Shown here: positions 11,898-22,081 of the stretch, one piece after another | Layout: every line of letters begins with the position of its first letter | Numbering within the stretch: the first letter of the stretch is position 1 | Origin: an uncultured Chloroflexia bacterium | GTDB lineage: Bacteria > Chloroflexota > Anaerolineae > CG2-30-64-16 | Direction of reading: 5' to 3' | DNA length: 64,000 nt | Assembly (NCBI GenBank): GCA_963810095.1 | Contig: CAWEMM010000006.1 | Coordinates: 288,001-352,000, forward strand | Notes under the pieces: generated by a model | The model's database searches: none | The model's input: only the letters and a program-made list of their open reading frames with translations | What the model was told of the DNA's origin: nothing | Program-made: the position numbers and the translations under genes

Positions 11898-13319
11898 ATG
11901 ACCATTCGCACCCGGCTGACCCTGTGGTATACGGGGCTGCTGGCGCTGACCTTGCTCCTCCTCGGCATCCTGATCTACTCCGTCGTCGGTCGGATCCTCC
12001 TTGTCAACCTGCAGGAGCGGCTGTCGGCCCAGGCCCAGGACGTGGTCGAGGCCATCCAGCAGGAAAACGACCCGATGGCGGTGATGGCTTCGGGCAACGT
12101 CCGCCTGCCGCCGATCGAGACGTTCGGCTCGCAGTACTTCATCCAGATCGTGCAGCTCAACGGCGTGACAAGGCAGATCTCGGAAAATCTGCGGGGCCAG
12201 CAGCTTCCCCGCGATCGCATGATGCTCCAGAACCCGGACGTGGAGCGGCCTCACTTTATGACGGTGCCGGCCGGCAACGGCGTTCGCTTGCACATGGCGA
12301 GCCTGGCCATCCCCATCGGGGGCCGTGCGGTGGGCATTGTCGAGGTGGCGAGCCTCATGTCCACCATCGACGACTCGCTGGTGGTCATCCGCCGGGCGCT
12401 GCTGTTTGGCAGCGTGCTGGCGCTGATCTTCGCCGCGGTGGGCGGCAGCATCCTGGCGCGCGCCGCGCTGCGCCCGATCAAGAACATCACCGAAACGGCA
12501 CAGCGCATCACCGGCACCAGCGACCTCAGCCAGCGCATTCCTGCCGGCGTGCCTACCGACGAAGTGGGCCAGCTGACGGCGACGATCAACGACATGCTGG
12601 GCCGGCTCGAGGCCTCGTTCGAGACCCAGCAGCGCCTGGTGGCCGACGTCAGCCACGAGCTGCGCACCCCACTGACGACCATCCAGGGCAACCTGGACCT
12701 GCTGCGCCGGGGCGCGGCCGACGACCCGGGCATGCGCGGCGAGGCCCTGGCCGCGATCGGCAACGAGACCGTGCGCATGCGCCGGCTGGTGAACGATCTG
12801 CTGCTGCTGGCCCAGGCCGACGCCGGGCTGCAGCTCCAGCTACAGCCGGTCGAGCTGGACACGCTGCTGCTCGACGTCTACCGCCAGGGCCAGGTCATCA
12901 GCCAGGGCACGGGCGTGCGCGTCCGGCTGGGCGCGGAGGACCAGGCAGTGGTCCTGGGCGACGCGGACCGGCTGCGCCAACTGCTGCTGAACCTCGTCGA
13001 CAACGCAATCAAGTACACGCCGTCGGGCGGCGACGTGACGCTGACGCTCAAGCGCCAGGCCGGCTGGGTGCAGATCAGCGTGGCGGACACCGGCTGCGGC
13101 ATCCCCGCGCAGGACTTGCCGCACATCTTCGAGCGTTTCTACCGGGCCGATCGCAGCCGGACGCGGCCGGGCGGCGCGGGGCTGGGCCTGTCGATCGCGA
13201 AGTGGGTGGCCGAGGCGCACGGCGGCGAGCTGGAGGTGGAAAGCGAGGTGGGCCAGGGCACGGTGTTCACCCTGTACCTGCCCGAGCCACACGCCGACGA
13301 GGACGAGGAGCAGGCATGA
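11898..13319 (+). CDS. HAMP sensor histidine kinase
   Basis: 2 TM, HAMP, DVSHELRTPLT, NLVDNAIKY, DTGCGI, IFERFYR, GAGLGL. Confidence 0.95.
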   Translation: MTIRTRLTLWYTGLLALTLLLLGILIYSVVGRILLVNLQERLSAQAQDVVEAIQQENDPMAVMASGNVRLPPIETFGSQYFIQIVQLNGVTRQISENLRGQQLPRDRMMLQNPDVERPHFMTVPAGNGVRLHMASLAIPIGGRAVGIVEVASLMSTIDDSLVVIRRALLFGSVLALIFAAVGGSILARAALRPIKNITETAQRITGTSDLSQRIPAGVPTDEVGQLTATINDMLGRLEASFETQQRLVADVSHELRTPLTTIQGNLDLLRRGAADDPGMRGEALAAIGNETVRMRRLVNDLLLLAQADAGLQLQLQPVELDTLLLDVYRQGQVISQGTGVRVRLGAEDQAVVLGDADRLRQLLLNLVDNAIKYTPSGGDVTLTLKRQAGWVQISVADTGCGIPAQDLPHIFERFYRADRSRTRPGGAGLGLSIAKWVAEAHGGELEVESEVGQGTVFTLYLPEPHADEDEEQA

Positions 13320-13845
13320 GCGAGAACGACCGGGACACAGGAAACGTGCGGCGACTGAGCACGGCCCCACCCGCTCGCGCTCGAGGTGCATGCCCGGCTG
13401 GTCGACTCGGGGCTGACGCTCGCCTTCGCCGAGTCGTGCACCGGGGGCCTGATTGCCGACCTCATCACCGACATTTCGGGCAGCTCGGCCTACTTCCTGC
13501 GGCAGCGCGGTCACGTACGCGAACAGTGCGAAAGAGGGCATCGTGGGCGTGCGGGCCGAGACGCTGGCCGCGCACGGCGCGGTCAGTGCGGAGACCGCGG
13601 CCGAGATGGCGCAGGGCGCGCGGCGCGCTTACGGTGCCGACATCGCGGCGTCGGTGACGGGCATCGCCGGCCCGACCGGCGCGACGCCGGGCAAGCCCGT
13701 GGGCCTGGTCTACATCCACCTGTCGGCCGAGGGTGCGGAGTGGGGCGAGCGGCACGTGTGGGACGGCGACCGGCTGGCGAACAAGGCGCTGTCGGCCGAG
13801 GCGGTGCTGCGGCTGGTGCTGCGATACCTGACGCGTCGCGACTGA
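13316..13845 (+). CDS. CinA C-terminal domain / NMN amidohydrolase (PncC-like), frameshifted
   Basis: AESCTGGLI, ISGSSAYF, HGAVS..TA.EMAQG, VTGIAGPTG, KPVGLV. Confidence 0.85.
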
Positions 13846-13948
13846 GCGGAGGAACCCCGCTTCGCGCGACCGCATTGTCGCGGCGGCATTGTGGCGAGCT
13901 TCCGTGCACCGTCTGCAGCGGCGAGCTTTTGCTCGCCGCTGCAGACGG

Positions 13949-16900
13949 CTACTTCGGGATCTTCCGCAGCTTCGCAAACCCCGCCAGCAGGGTCTTCGTC
14001 CCCTTGCCGGCGAACGCCACCGTCACTTCCTCGTCGTCCGCGGTCACTTCCGACTTCAGCACGATCCCCTGGCCAAACAGGCCGTGGTCGACGCGGTCGC
14101 CCGGCTTGAATTCCGCGGGGCGCTGCGGCCGCTCCTGCTTCTTCGGCGGCTCAGGGGGCTTCGGCGGCCAGGCAGGCGTGGCCCGGCTCGGGCCCCGGTT
14201 TCCATATGGTGTCGGGCGCTCGTCGGGCCGCGCGCGCCGGCTGGCCCCGCCCCAACTGTCTTCGTCGTCCGAACGCCGGCGCTCGCGCGGGTTTTGTGCC
14301 CAGCCGCTCGTCGCGCTGCCCCCTCGCCCGCCGCCCGCGCTGACCCCGCGCACCGGGCTCATGCCCATCGTCGTCCCCTGCGCCGCGGCCACGTCCCTGA
14401 GAAAGCGCGACGGCTCGTTGATCTCGCTGCGGCCCCAGAGCATCCGCCGGAACGCCCGCAGGAGATAGAGCCGGTCCTTGGCGCGCGTGAGCCCGACGTA
14501 CATCAGGCGGCGCTCCTCTTCCATCTGGTCCGGGTCTTCCATGCTGCGGCTGTGCGGGAAGATGTTCTCTTCCAGCCCCACCAGGAACACGACCTTGAAC
14601 TCGAGCCCCTTGGCCGTGTGCACGGTTAGCAGCGTCACCCGCTCGTCCTGCTCGGCCAGTTCGTCCTGGTCTGACACGAGCGCGACCTCTTCGAGGAACG
14701 CGGTCAGGCGTAGGTCGGGCGGGAAGTCGTCGTAGTGCGCGGCGACTGAGGAAAGCTCCTGCAGGTTCTCCCAGCGGTCCTCGCCCTCTTCCGTCCCGTC
14801 GCGGAGCCAGGTCGCATAGCCCGACTGCTCCGTGATCTTGTCGAGCATCTTGCTGACCGTGAGCCCGTCTTTCACGTCGAGCCAGCCCTTGAGCAGGCGA
14901 TAGAACGCGACCAGCGCGCGCTGCGCGGCCGCGCCGAACGCGTGCTGGGGCGGGTTGCCGCTTTCGCTGCGCCGGTAGCCGGCTGCCAGCGGGCTGGCAA
15001 GGTCGCCCGCGACCAGCGCCAGCCCACCCGTCATGGGCACGCCCTGCTCCGCGCTGAAGGTCGCCAGGGTCGAAATCGTCTTGTCGCCGATCGCACGCGG
15101 GGGCACGTTGATCACCCGCATCAGGCTCACGTTGTCGGCCGGGTTATGCACCAGCCGCAGATATGCGAGCGCGTCCTTGATCTCCTTACGCTGATAGAAC
15201 CGGGTGCCGCCGATCAGGCGATACGGGACGCCGCGTGCCACGAACGTGTCTTCCAGCGAGCGAGATTGCGCGTTGGTGCGGTACATCACCGCGACGTCGC
15301 TTAGCCGGAGCTCGCCCGAACCGGCCAGTCTTTGGATCGTGTTGACCACAAACTGCGCCTCGTCCGACTCGTCGTAAGCCTCGTGCATGATCACCTGGGC
15401 GCCCGCCCCGCGGTCGGTGCGCAGGTGCTTGGGCGTACGCTTGATGTTATGCGCGATGACGGCATTGGCCGCGTCGAGGATGCTCTGCGTGGAACGGTAA
15501 TTCTGCTCGAGCAGGATGACCTTGGCGTCGGGGAAGTTCTCACGGAAGCGCAGGACGTTGCGGTAGTCCGCCCCGCGGAAGCCGTAAATGGAATTGTGGA
15601 CCACGATGCCGTTCGCGATGTAGTTGCGATAGTTCGGCACAGACAGGTCAAACACCGGGCCATCGTATTCTTCGCGGGTGACGCTGACCACCTCGTCCTC
15701 ACCGATGTTGCCATCGTCTGCGAGGATCGGCACGCGGGCGCCGGGCGCCAGATTACCGATTGGCAGGAAGGCGTAGACGCGGTCCGTCAGCTTGGCGCGC
15801 CGCGACACATGCGCATCGGGCGCTGCATCAGCCAGCTCGCCCAACGCCTCCAGCATGGCATCGTAGTCCGCACCTTGCCTCCGCGCCGCCCAGTAACGGG
15901 TCTTGTGGACTTTCGTCCGCATCACCGTCTCCACCTGATCCCGGTACTCCGCGCTGCAGCTGCAAATAGACAACTCGTGTCCGTGCCACAGGCCGTGTGG
16001 CTTGTGCCACCGGTTGCCCGCGCGACTTGAGTTCTTGCGCCCCAAACATCGTAAACGAGATGGTCTTTCGCACCGAGCCGCCGCGGATCGTCGTCTGCGG
16101 AACATGATACGGATACGCAAGGCTCAAGCCATAATCGCCGGCGAGCCGTCGGGCAGAAGCCTCCGTATCGAGTGACTCGTACAGGAGGCTGATGGTCTCG
16201 GAGTTGAGCGCAATGCGCCGGCCATCGGCGTGAAAGCATGTCGTCGGCAGGCTGTACTTTGCCGCAAGGTAAGCCTCCCAGAAAGCCGCCTCGCCCTCGC
16301 TCTCGCAGGCATGCACCAGCCATATCGCGTCGCCCCGTTCCTGCCGCAGCCGCTCCTCGAATCCAGGATAGGCCTTGCCTCCGTTGGTTCTGATGGCACC
16401 GGTCCGGCCCACCCGATACCCTAAGCGATGCGAGTACATCAGGTACACGTACCGATAACGGCCATTAGGATCGAACCTTGCGAACACACAGTGTTCCGGC
16501 GTCGCAGTCAGAGATCGACCTTCGCGCGGTCGAAACATGCACGACCTGGCCCGAGTAGTGGTGCGACGAGAGCGCATCGACGGTCGCGCTTGCAGCCGCA
16601 CCGTGGCCGGCAGCGGCGATAACTTGGTCTCCCGCCTTGAACTGTTCGACAGGAATGCGCCCCTCCGGCGTCTCTATACCCGTACCGGCCACAAGGCATT
16701 GGTCCTCGTCGCCCACGGCAAACAGGTTGCGAGTCTTGCCGGCCAGCATGCAGACCATTTCGTATTGGGCCGAGTTCGTATCCTGGAACTCGTCGACCAG
16801 CAGATACTCGTACCGGTCCTGGTAGCGCGCCAGCACTTCCGGCTGGTCCTTGAACAGCCACGTCGTACGGCACAACAGGTCGTCGAAGTCCAGCGCGCCG

Positions 16901-17463
16901 TTGGCCTTGAGGATCTCCTCGTAGCGGCCGTAAACTCGCTTGGCGACTTCTTCGTAATAGGTGGTCGCGACGAAGTCTGTAGGCTTGACCAACTCGTTCT
17001 TGGCCTTTGAGATCGCGGAGCGCATCGCTTCGGGCCGGTACATCTTCTCGTCGATCTTGAGGTCTTTCAGCGCGCCACGGATGGCCGAGAGCTGTTCGCC
17101 GTCGTCGTAGATCACGTAGTTCGGGTTGAGGCCTGCGGGCCCTGCTTCGGCACGGAGGATGCGCGCGCAGATCGAGTGAAAGGTGCCGATGGTCAGGCCC
17201 TTCCAGCCCGAGCTCACCGGCACCGCCTCGCCCAGGAGACGGCTGATGCGCTCACGCATCTCGCCGGCGGCCTTGTTCGTAAACGTTACCGCCATGACCG
17301 CGCGGGGGTGCGCGCCCGCGACCCGGAGCAGGTATGCCACCCGGTGCGCCAGCACGCGCGTCTTCCCCGAGCCCGGCCCGGCTAACACCAGGACCGGACC
17401 CTTAACCGTCGTGACCGCCTCCCGCTCCGCGGGGTTCAGCCCGGCAAGAATATCATCTGGCAT
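13949..17463 (-). CDS. pcrA: ATP-dependent DNA helicase PcrA/UvrD with an intein
   Basis: LAGPGSGKT, TFTNKAA, VDEFQDTN, VGDEDQ|SIYGFRGA split by intein, LEQNYRST, TVHTAKGLEF, EEERRLMYVGLTRA, C-terminal Tudor-like domain. Confidence 0.95.
15593..16698 (-). mobile_element. intein in PcrA motif III with a central nuclease-like domain
   Basis: starts CLVAGT after DEDQ; block B TPEH; block F VFDLSVP; ends VVHN followed by Ser; 1106 nt with two apparent +1 shifts (~368 aa). Confidence 0.92.
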
Positions 17464-17499
17464 ATCCCCATCTATCCTATCGAAGCTCCGACCGGGGCG

Positions 17500-18174
17500 C
17501 TACGAGCAACGCTCTCGCCGCCCCTCGCCCAGCCCACCCTCGCGCAGGCAGCACCGGTCGCCGGTCATCGCCTCGCATGCATGCACGACATCTTGCCCCG
17601 GCCCGATCCCTACCCCGCCCAACATCTCGGACGCCAGGCCCAACGGTAACCCCATCACGGCCGAATAGCACCCGTCCCACGCCGCGACCGGTGCAAACTG
17701 CGGGTCCTGGATGCCGTAGGCGCCTGCCTTGTCCAGCGGGTCGCCGGTTTCCACGTACGCCTCGATCTCGGCGTCGGTGTAGGCGCGCATTTTCACGTCG
17801 GTCGCCGACACGCGCGTCTCGGCGCCGCTGCCGTTCAGGACGCACACGGCCGTGTAGACGACGTGCACGCGGTCGCGCAGCGCGGTGAGCATGGCGACGG
17901 CTTCGAGCGCATCCGCGGGCTTGCCCAGCAGCGCGCCGTCGAGCACGACCAAGGTGTCGGCTGCCAACACGACCTCGCCAGGGCGCCGCTCGGCGACTGC
18001 GGCGGCCTTCGCCCGGCACAGGCGGCAGACAAGTTCCTCGGGCGGCTCGCCGGGCAGCGGGTTTTCGTCCACGTCGGCCGCGTCGACCGTGAAATCAAGC
18101 CCCAGCGCGCTTAACAGCTGCATCCGCCGGGGCGACCTCGACGCCAGGACAAACGACTGCGCAAGCGGCATCAT
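17500..18174 (-). CDS. maf: Maf/YhdE nucleoside triphosphate pyrophosphatase
   Basis: [36 protein letters not shown]. Confidence 0.95.
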   Translation of the reverse strand: MMPLAQSFVLASRSPRRMQLLSALGLDFTVDAADVDENPLPGEPPEELVCRLCRAKAAAVAERRPGEVVLAADTLVVLDGALLGKPADALEAVAMLTALRDRVHVVYTAVCVLNGSGAETRVSATDVKMRAYTDAEIEAYVETGDPLDKAGAYGIQDPQFAPVAAWDGCYSAVMGLPLGLASEMLGGVGIGPGQDVVHACEAMTGDRCCLREGGLGEGRRERCS

Positions 18175-20063
18175 GCTCGATCCTTCACGACGTCCAACAC
18201 CTCGCACGCGACCTCGTACCGGCCGAAGCTCGGCATCAGGTACACGCCCTGCACCTTCGGCAGCTCCATCAACTCCAACAGCAGCTCTTGCGCCATCTTC
18301 ACGCCTTCCCGCCGGCCTTCCGCGCCGGCCGCCTCCATGCGCGCCAGGGCCGTCTCGGGAATGGTGATGCCGGGCACCTCGTTGTGCAAGAAGGAGGCGT
18401 GCCGGTGGCTCTGGAGGGGCAGCACCCCTATCAGAACGGGCACCGGGAATGCGCCGTGACGCTCCTCGTACAGGTTGAAAAAGCGCTGCCACAGCCCCGC
18501 ATCGAAGATTGGCTGCGTCATGGTCAGGTGTGCCCCCACGCTCACCTTCCGGTGAAAACGGTCGACCTCCTGCACCAGGTCGGCCCGCGTCGGATCGCTG
18601 GCGACGATGATCGTAAACGCGGACTGGCCGCCGAACGGCTTGCCCGAGCGGTCGAGTCCCTGGTTGAACTGGCTGATGATTTTGGCGAGCCCGATCGAAT
18701 CGACGTCGTACACCGCGCTGCTCTCGGCCGTGTCGCCCAGGCTTGGCGGGTCGCCGGTCAGCGCGATGATGTTGCGGATGCCGAGCGCGTGCGCGCCGAT
18801 CAAGTCGGCCTGGAGCCCCATCAGCGAGCGGTCGCGGGTGGTGAGGTGCAGGATCGTCTCGATGCCCACCTGCTGCTGGATCAGCACGCAGAGGGCGAGT
18901 GCGCCCATCCGGACGCGGGCCATGGGGCTGTCCGCGACGTTCACCGCGTCCGCGCCGCGTGCCAGGGCGACCCGGGCGCCCTCGAGCATCTTCGCGGCGC
19001 TGAACCCGCGTGGAGGGTCCACCTCGACGCTCACCACGAACTGGCCGGCCCGGATTTTCTGGAGCAGCCCGGTCGGCTCCGGCGCGTCCTCGTCGTCGGC
19101 GAAGCCGGTGCCTGCCCCGGGCGAGCTGACGCGCACCATCGGCAGCGGGGTCAGTTCCTCCTTGGCGTGGGCCGTGCCGACTGCTTGGTCGAGCGCGGCG
19201 CGCATGGCCTGGATGTGGGCCGGCGTCGTACCGCAGCAGCCGCCGATCAGCGCGGCGCCCTGCGCGAGAAACTGGGGCACACGTTCGGCGAAGTAATGCG
19301 GCGCGGTCGGGTAGACCATGCGCTCGCCCGCACGATAGGGGAGGCCCGCGTTGGGCATCGCCGACAGCTTTAGGCCAGGCTCGGCCGCGTGCATCTCGGC
19401 AACGAAGTCGAGCAGCCGGGCGGGACCGAGTGAGCAGTTCACCCCTGCAACGTCAGCCCCCGCCGCCGCCAGGGCATGTGCAACTTCCGAAGGCCATGCG
19501 CCATCCCCCGTCACGCCGTCGTTTCCGAACGTCACTTCGGCCACGACGGGCAGATCCGTCGTGGTCTTTGCCACTCGCACTGCCAACACGAGCTCAGGCA
19601 GGTCGGAAAAGGTTTCCAGGAGCACCAGGTCCGCGCCGGCCTCCCAGAGCGCCGCGAGCTGCTCGGCGAAGGCGGCCTCGGCCACGTCGGGCAGCAACTC
19701 GTCGCCCCGTCGTGCGCGCTTGCCCAACGGGCCCACGTCTCCGGCCAGCCAGACCGGCTGCCCGCTGATCTCGCGCGCCTCGCGCGCCAGCTTGACGCCG
19801 CGAAAGTTGAGCTCGCGCACGCGGTCCTGCATCCCGCACTCGGCCAGCTTCGTTGCGCTGGCGCCGAACGTGTTGGTCTGGATGACCTCCGCGCCGGCAC
19901 GGATGTAGGCCAGGTGCACTTCGCGCACCCAATCGGGCTGTTCCAGGTTAAGGACGTCGAGGCATTGGTCGAGCCGGGCGCCGCGCGCGTAGAGCATCGT
20001 GCCCATTGCGCCGTCGCTCAGCACCGGCCCCCGTGCGAGTCGTTCAAGAAAAGGATGCGCCAT
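18171..20063 (-). CDS. yitJ: bifunctional homocysteine S-methyltransferase / 5,10-methylene-THF reductase
   Basis: [31 protein letters not shown] then VEVDPP, DSPMAR, TGDPP, TQPIFD, HNEVPGI. Confidence 0.92.
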   Translation of the reverse strand: MAHPFLERLARGPVLSDGAMGTMLYARGARLDQCLDVLNLEQPDWVREVHLAYIRAGAEVIQTNTFGASATKLAECGMQDRVRELNFRGVKLAREAREISGQPVWLAGDVGPLGKRARRGDELLPDVAEAAFAEQLAALWEAGADLVLLETFSDLPELVLAVRVAKTTTDLPVVAEVTFGNDGVTGDGAWPSEVAHALAAAGADVAGVNCSLGPARLLDFVAEMHAAEPGLKLSAMPNAGLPYRAGERMVYPTAPHYFAERVPQFLAQGAALIGGCCGTTPAHIQAMRAALDQAVGTAHAKEELTPLPMVRVSSPGAGTGFADDEDAPEPTGLLQKIRAGQFVVSVEVDPPRGFSAAKMLEGARVALARGADAVNVADSPMARVRMGALALCVLIQQQVGIETILHLTTRDRSLMGLQADLIGAHALGIRNIIALTGDPPSLGDTAESSAVYDVDSIGLAKIISQFNQGLDRSGKPFGGQSAFTIIVASDPTRADLVQEVDRFHRKVSVGAHLTMTQPIFDAGLWQRFFNLYEERHGAFPVPVLIGVLPLQSHRHASFLHNEVPGITIPETALARMEAAGAEGRREGVKMAQELLLELMELPKVQGVYLMPSFGRYEVACEVLDVVKDRA

Positions 20064-20283
20064 ACCGCTCCTTTATGGACTTGATGGCTGTGAGCCACCG
20101 GGAGCCGGATTATAGCATTTTGGCCCGCGGCGCGGTAATTACAGGGCGCGGTCAGCCATTTTGCAGTTGGCGCGGTTCGTGAAGGATGCTATAATCCGGA
20201 CGCGTCGCGTCATGTTACGTCGTCATCGACGACGCGCGCGTGGACTGTTCGCCGACCGTCATCGTATCGCCTCGGAGGTTGCC

Positions 20284-21693
20284 ATGTATCGACGCGGGAA
20301 GCGCCTTGGGGCGCGCCGCCTGCTGCCGTGGTTGGTGGCCCTTGTGCTGGTCCTCGCCCTTGCCGCGTGCACCCCTGCTACGACGCCCACCCCGGCCGCG
20401 CCGACCACTGCCGCACCTGCCGCGCCGACCGCTGTCGCAGCCGCCGGTGCAGGCACCGGTGCAGGCACCGCTGCAGGCACCGCTGCCCCAGGCGCGGCCA
20501 CGGGGGTGGCCCCTGCGACGCCGGGCGCCGCCGGCACTGGGGGAGGGACGCCGGCGGGCACCGCTGCCTCAGGCACCCCGGGCTCTCGCACGCCAACATT
20601 GACCCCGACGCCTGTGCCCACCCTCACCGAATTGCAGGCGCGGCTAATGCTGGCGAAGGCGTACCTCGACGGCAAAGACTACGAGAACGCTGCCACCCTA
20701 TACGCGCAGATCGCGCAAGACACGCGGGGCAATGCCGAAGCACTTCAGGGATTGCAGGCCGCCCTGGCCGGGAAAGCCGACATCCAGGCCACGCAGATGG
20801 CGCCGATCCCAACCGAGGCTCCCACCCCCGTGCCCACAGCCGTGCCCGCACCGACCCTGATGAGCGCGACCCGCTCCAAGGTGCTGGATGCGTTTGGCTT
20901 CGTCGTGGCCGCGCTCTTGCTCATCGCGTTACTTTACCTCTTCGGCGCGTTACTACGCTGGGTGCTGACCGCGCTGCGCGAACTCTGGTACATGCGGATC
21001 CTGCCGTTGTTCGGCCGTCCGGCCGTGCCGCCGGGCTTCCTGATTGGGGAGTTCGTCGGCTCGTGGACGACGGACGAGGAACTCGCCTCGCGGATCGTCC
21101 CGATCGCGATCACGCAGAAGCTGACCGAGTGGAACCAGTTGGTGCGCGACAAGCAGGCGCCGATCGAGCTGGAGCGGGAGCCGACCACGGGCGCGCTCGC
21201 CTGGCTGCGTGTGCTGTGGGCCTGGGTGCTGCCGCCGCCCCGAGGGTACCGCGTGACGGGCACCTTCCTTAAGGGCCCGGCCGGAACCCAGCAGATGACG
21301 GTGCAGCGCACGCACCTCGGACAGCACAGCGTGGACCGCAGCCGCACCTTCGAGAGCACGCGGGAGCCGGCCTCGGAAGCGTACGCAGACATGGCCTCCG
21401 AAGCGGGCAAGTGGCTGATCGTTCCTGCCGATATCGAGGCAGATGCCGCGATTGCCCTGGCTCGCGGCGCGGCCGGCGAGACGGTCTCGGCGAGTGCCAC
21501 ATTCGACGAGGTCCTCAACACCCTGCTGCCCGTGCGCCAGCAGGTCGACCAGGGACTTGTCGACTTCCCCGAGGCCCGGCGACGGATGACGCTGGCGGAG
21601 GGGTTGATCAACCGGCTGCCGGCCGACTCCGCCCTCCGCGCCGAGCTCACGCGCGTCTTTGCCGGCTTGCGGCGGGCCGTGCCCGGGGGTTGA
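20284..21693 (+). CDS. hypothetical lipoprotein with PT/A-rich linker, TPR-like segment, internal TM and C-terminal domain
   Basis: GGAGG RBS; LAAC lipobox; AKAYLDGKDYENAATLY TPR-like; hydrophobic FGFVVAALLLIALLYLFG. Confidence 0.7.
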   Translation: MYRRGKRLGARRLLPWLVALVLVLALAACTPATTPTPAAPTTAAPAAPTAVAAAGAGTGAGTAAGTAAPGAATGVAPATPGAAGTGGGTPAGTAASGTPGSRTPTLTPTPVPTLTELQARLMLAKAYLDGKDYENAATLYAQIAQDTRGNAEALQGLQAALAGKADIQATQMAPIPTEAPTPVPTAVPAPTLMSATRSKVLDAFGFVVAALLLIALLYLFGALLRWVLTALRELWYMRILPLFGRPAVPPGFLIGEFVGSWTTDEELASRIVPIAITQKLTEWNQLVRDKQAPIELEREPTTGALAWLRVLWAWVLPPPRGYRVTGTFLKGPAGTQQMTVQRTHLGQHSVDRSRTFESTREPASEAYADMASEAGKWLIVPADIEADAAIALARGAAGETVSASATFDEVLNTLLPVRQQVDQGLVDFPEARRRMTLAEGLINRLPADSALRAELTRVFAGLRRAVPGG

Positions 21694-21717
21694 CAGTAAA
21701 GCCCGAAGTGGTATAAT
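21690..21717 (+). promoter_or_regulatory. sigma70 promoter of the T-box-valS unit
   Basis: TTGACA-16 bp-TATAAT with extended TG; -35 overlaps the upstream stop codon. Confidence 0.85.
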
Positions 21718-21724
21718 GCCGCCA

Positions 21725-22040
21725 ACCGAATAGAGACGTGGAACCGGAGGAGTAGGCGCGGTATGTGGTGCTTCGCACCCCATACCATATCGTCGCCAGA
21801 GAGAAGGGGTCACCGGGTGAGAGCCCCTTCCGATGTGAGCAGCGTCGAACGTCGCCGGGGAGTCTGGCTGCCGAGCCTGCCTGTGTGCAAAACACGGGCC
21901 GGACAAGCGGCCACGGGCCAGCCCGTTATAGCTAAGAGTGGGCGTGTCGCAACTGTAAACTGCGTTTCCAGTTGCTTCTAGCCAACCAAGGTGGCACCGC
22001 GGAGACCTTCCGTCCTTGAGGACGGGAGGTCTTTTTGTTT
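21725..22040 (+). ncRNA. T-box riboswitch (Val)
   Basis: stem I with GGAGGAGTAG, AGAGA and GGTGAGAG elements; specifier loop GAAC-GTC-G (Val codon 21851-21853); AAGGTGGCACCGCG T-box at 21988-22001; terminator; upstream of valS. Confidence 0.92.
22003..22040 (+). terminator. T-box attenuator terminator
   Basis: AGACCTTCCGTCCT/AGGACGGGAGGTCT hairpin followed by TTTTTGTTT. Confidence 0.9.
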
Positions 22041-22081
22041 TCCCGGGCCAGGGTCCGGCCAGGACAACAGGAGAAGGAATC

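Noticed and set aside
11924-13657. Long alternative-frame and antisense ORFs (e.g. 11924-13657, 22268-23653, 43601-45097, 49636-51333)
   Set aside because: Arg/Pro/Ala-rich shadows of real genes, expected in high-GC DNA; no family motifs.
198-17463. Programmed frameshifting or mass pseudogenisation
   Set aside because: Shifts are numerous, hit unrelated and important genes, and I saw no consistent slippery motif or motif decay; sequencing error is simpler.
22016-22081. N-terminal extension of ValS in the ORF track
   Set aside because: Start lies inside the T-box terminator; ATG 22082 has an RBS and matches the family N-terminus.
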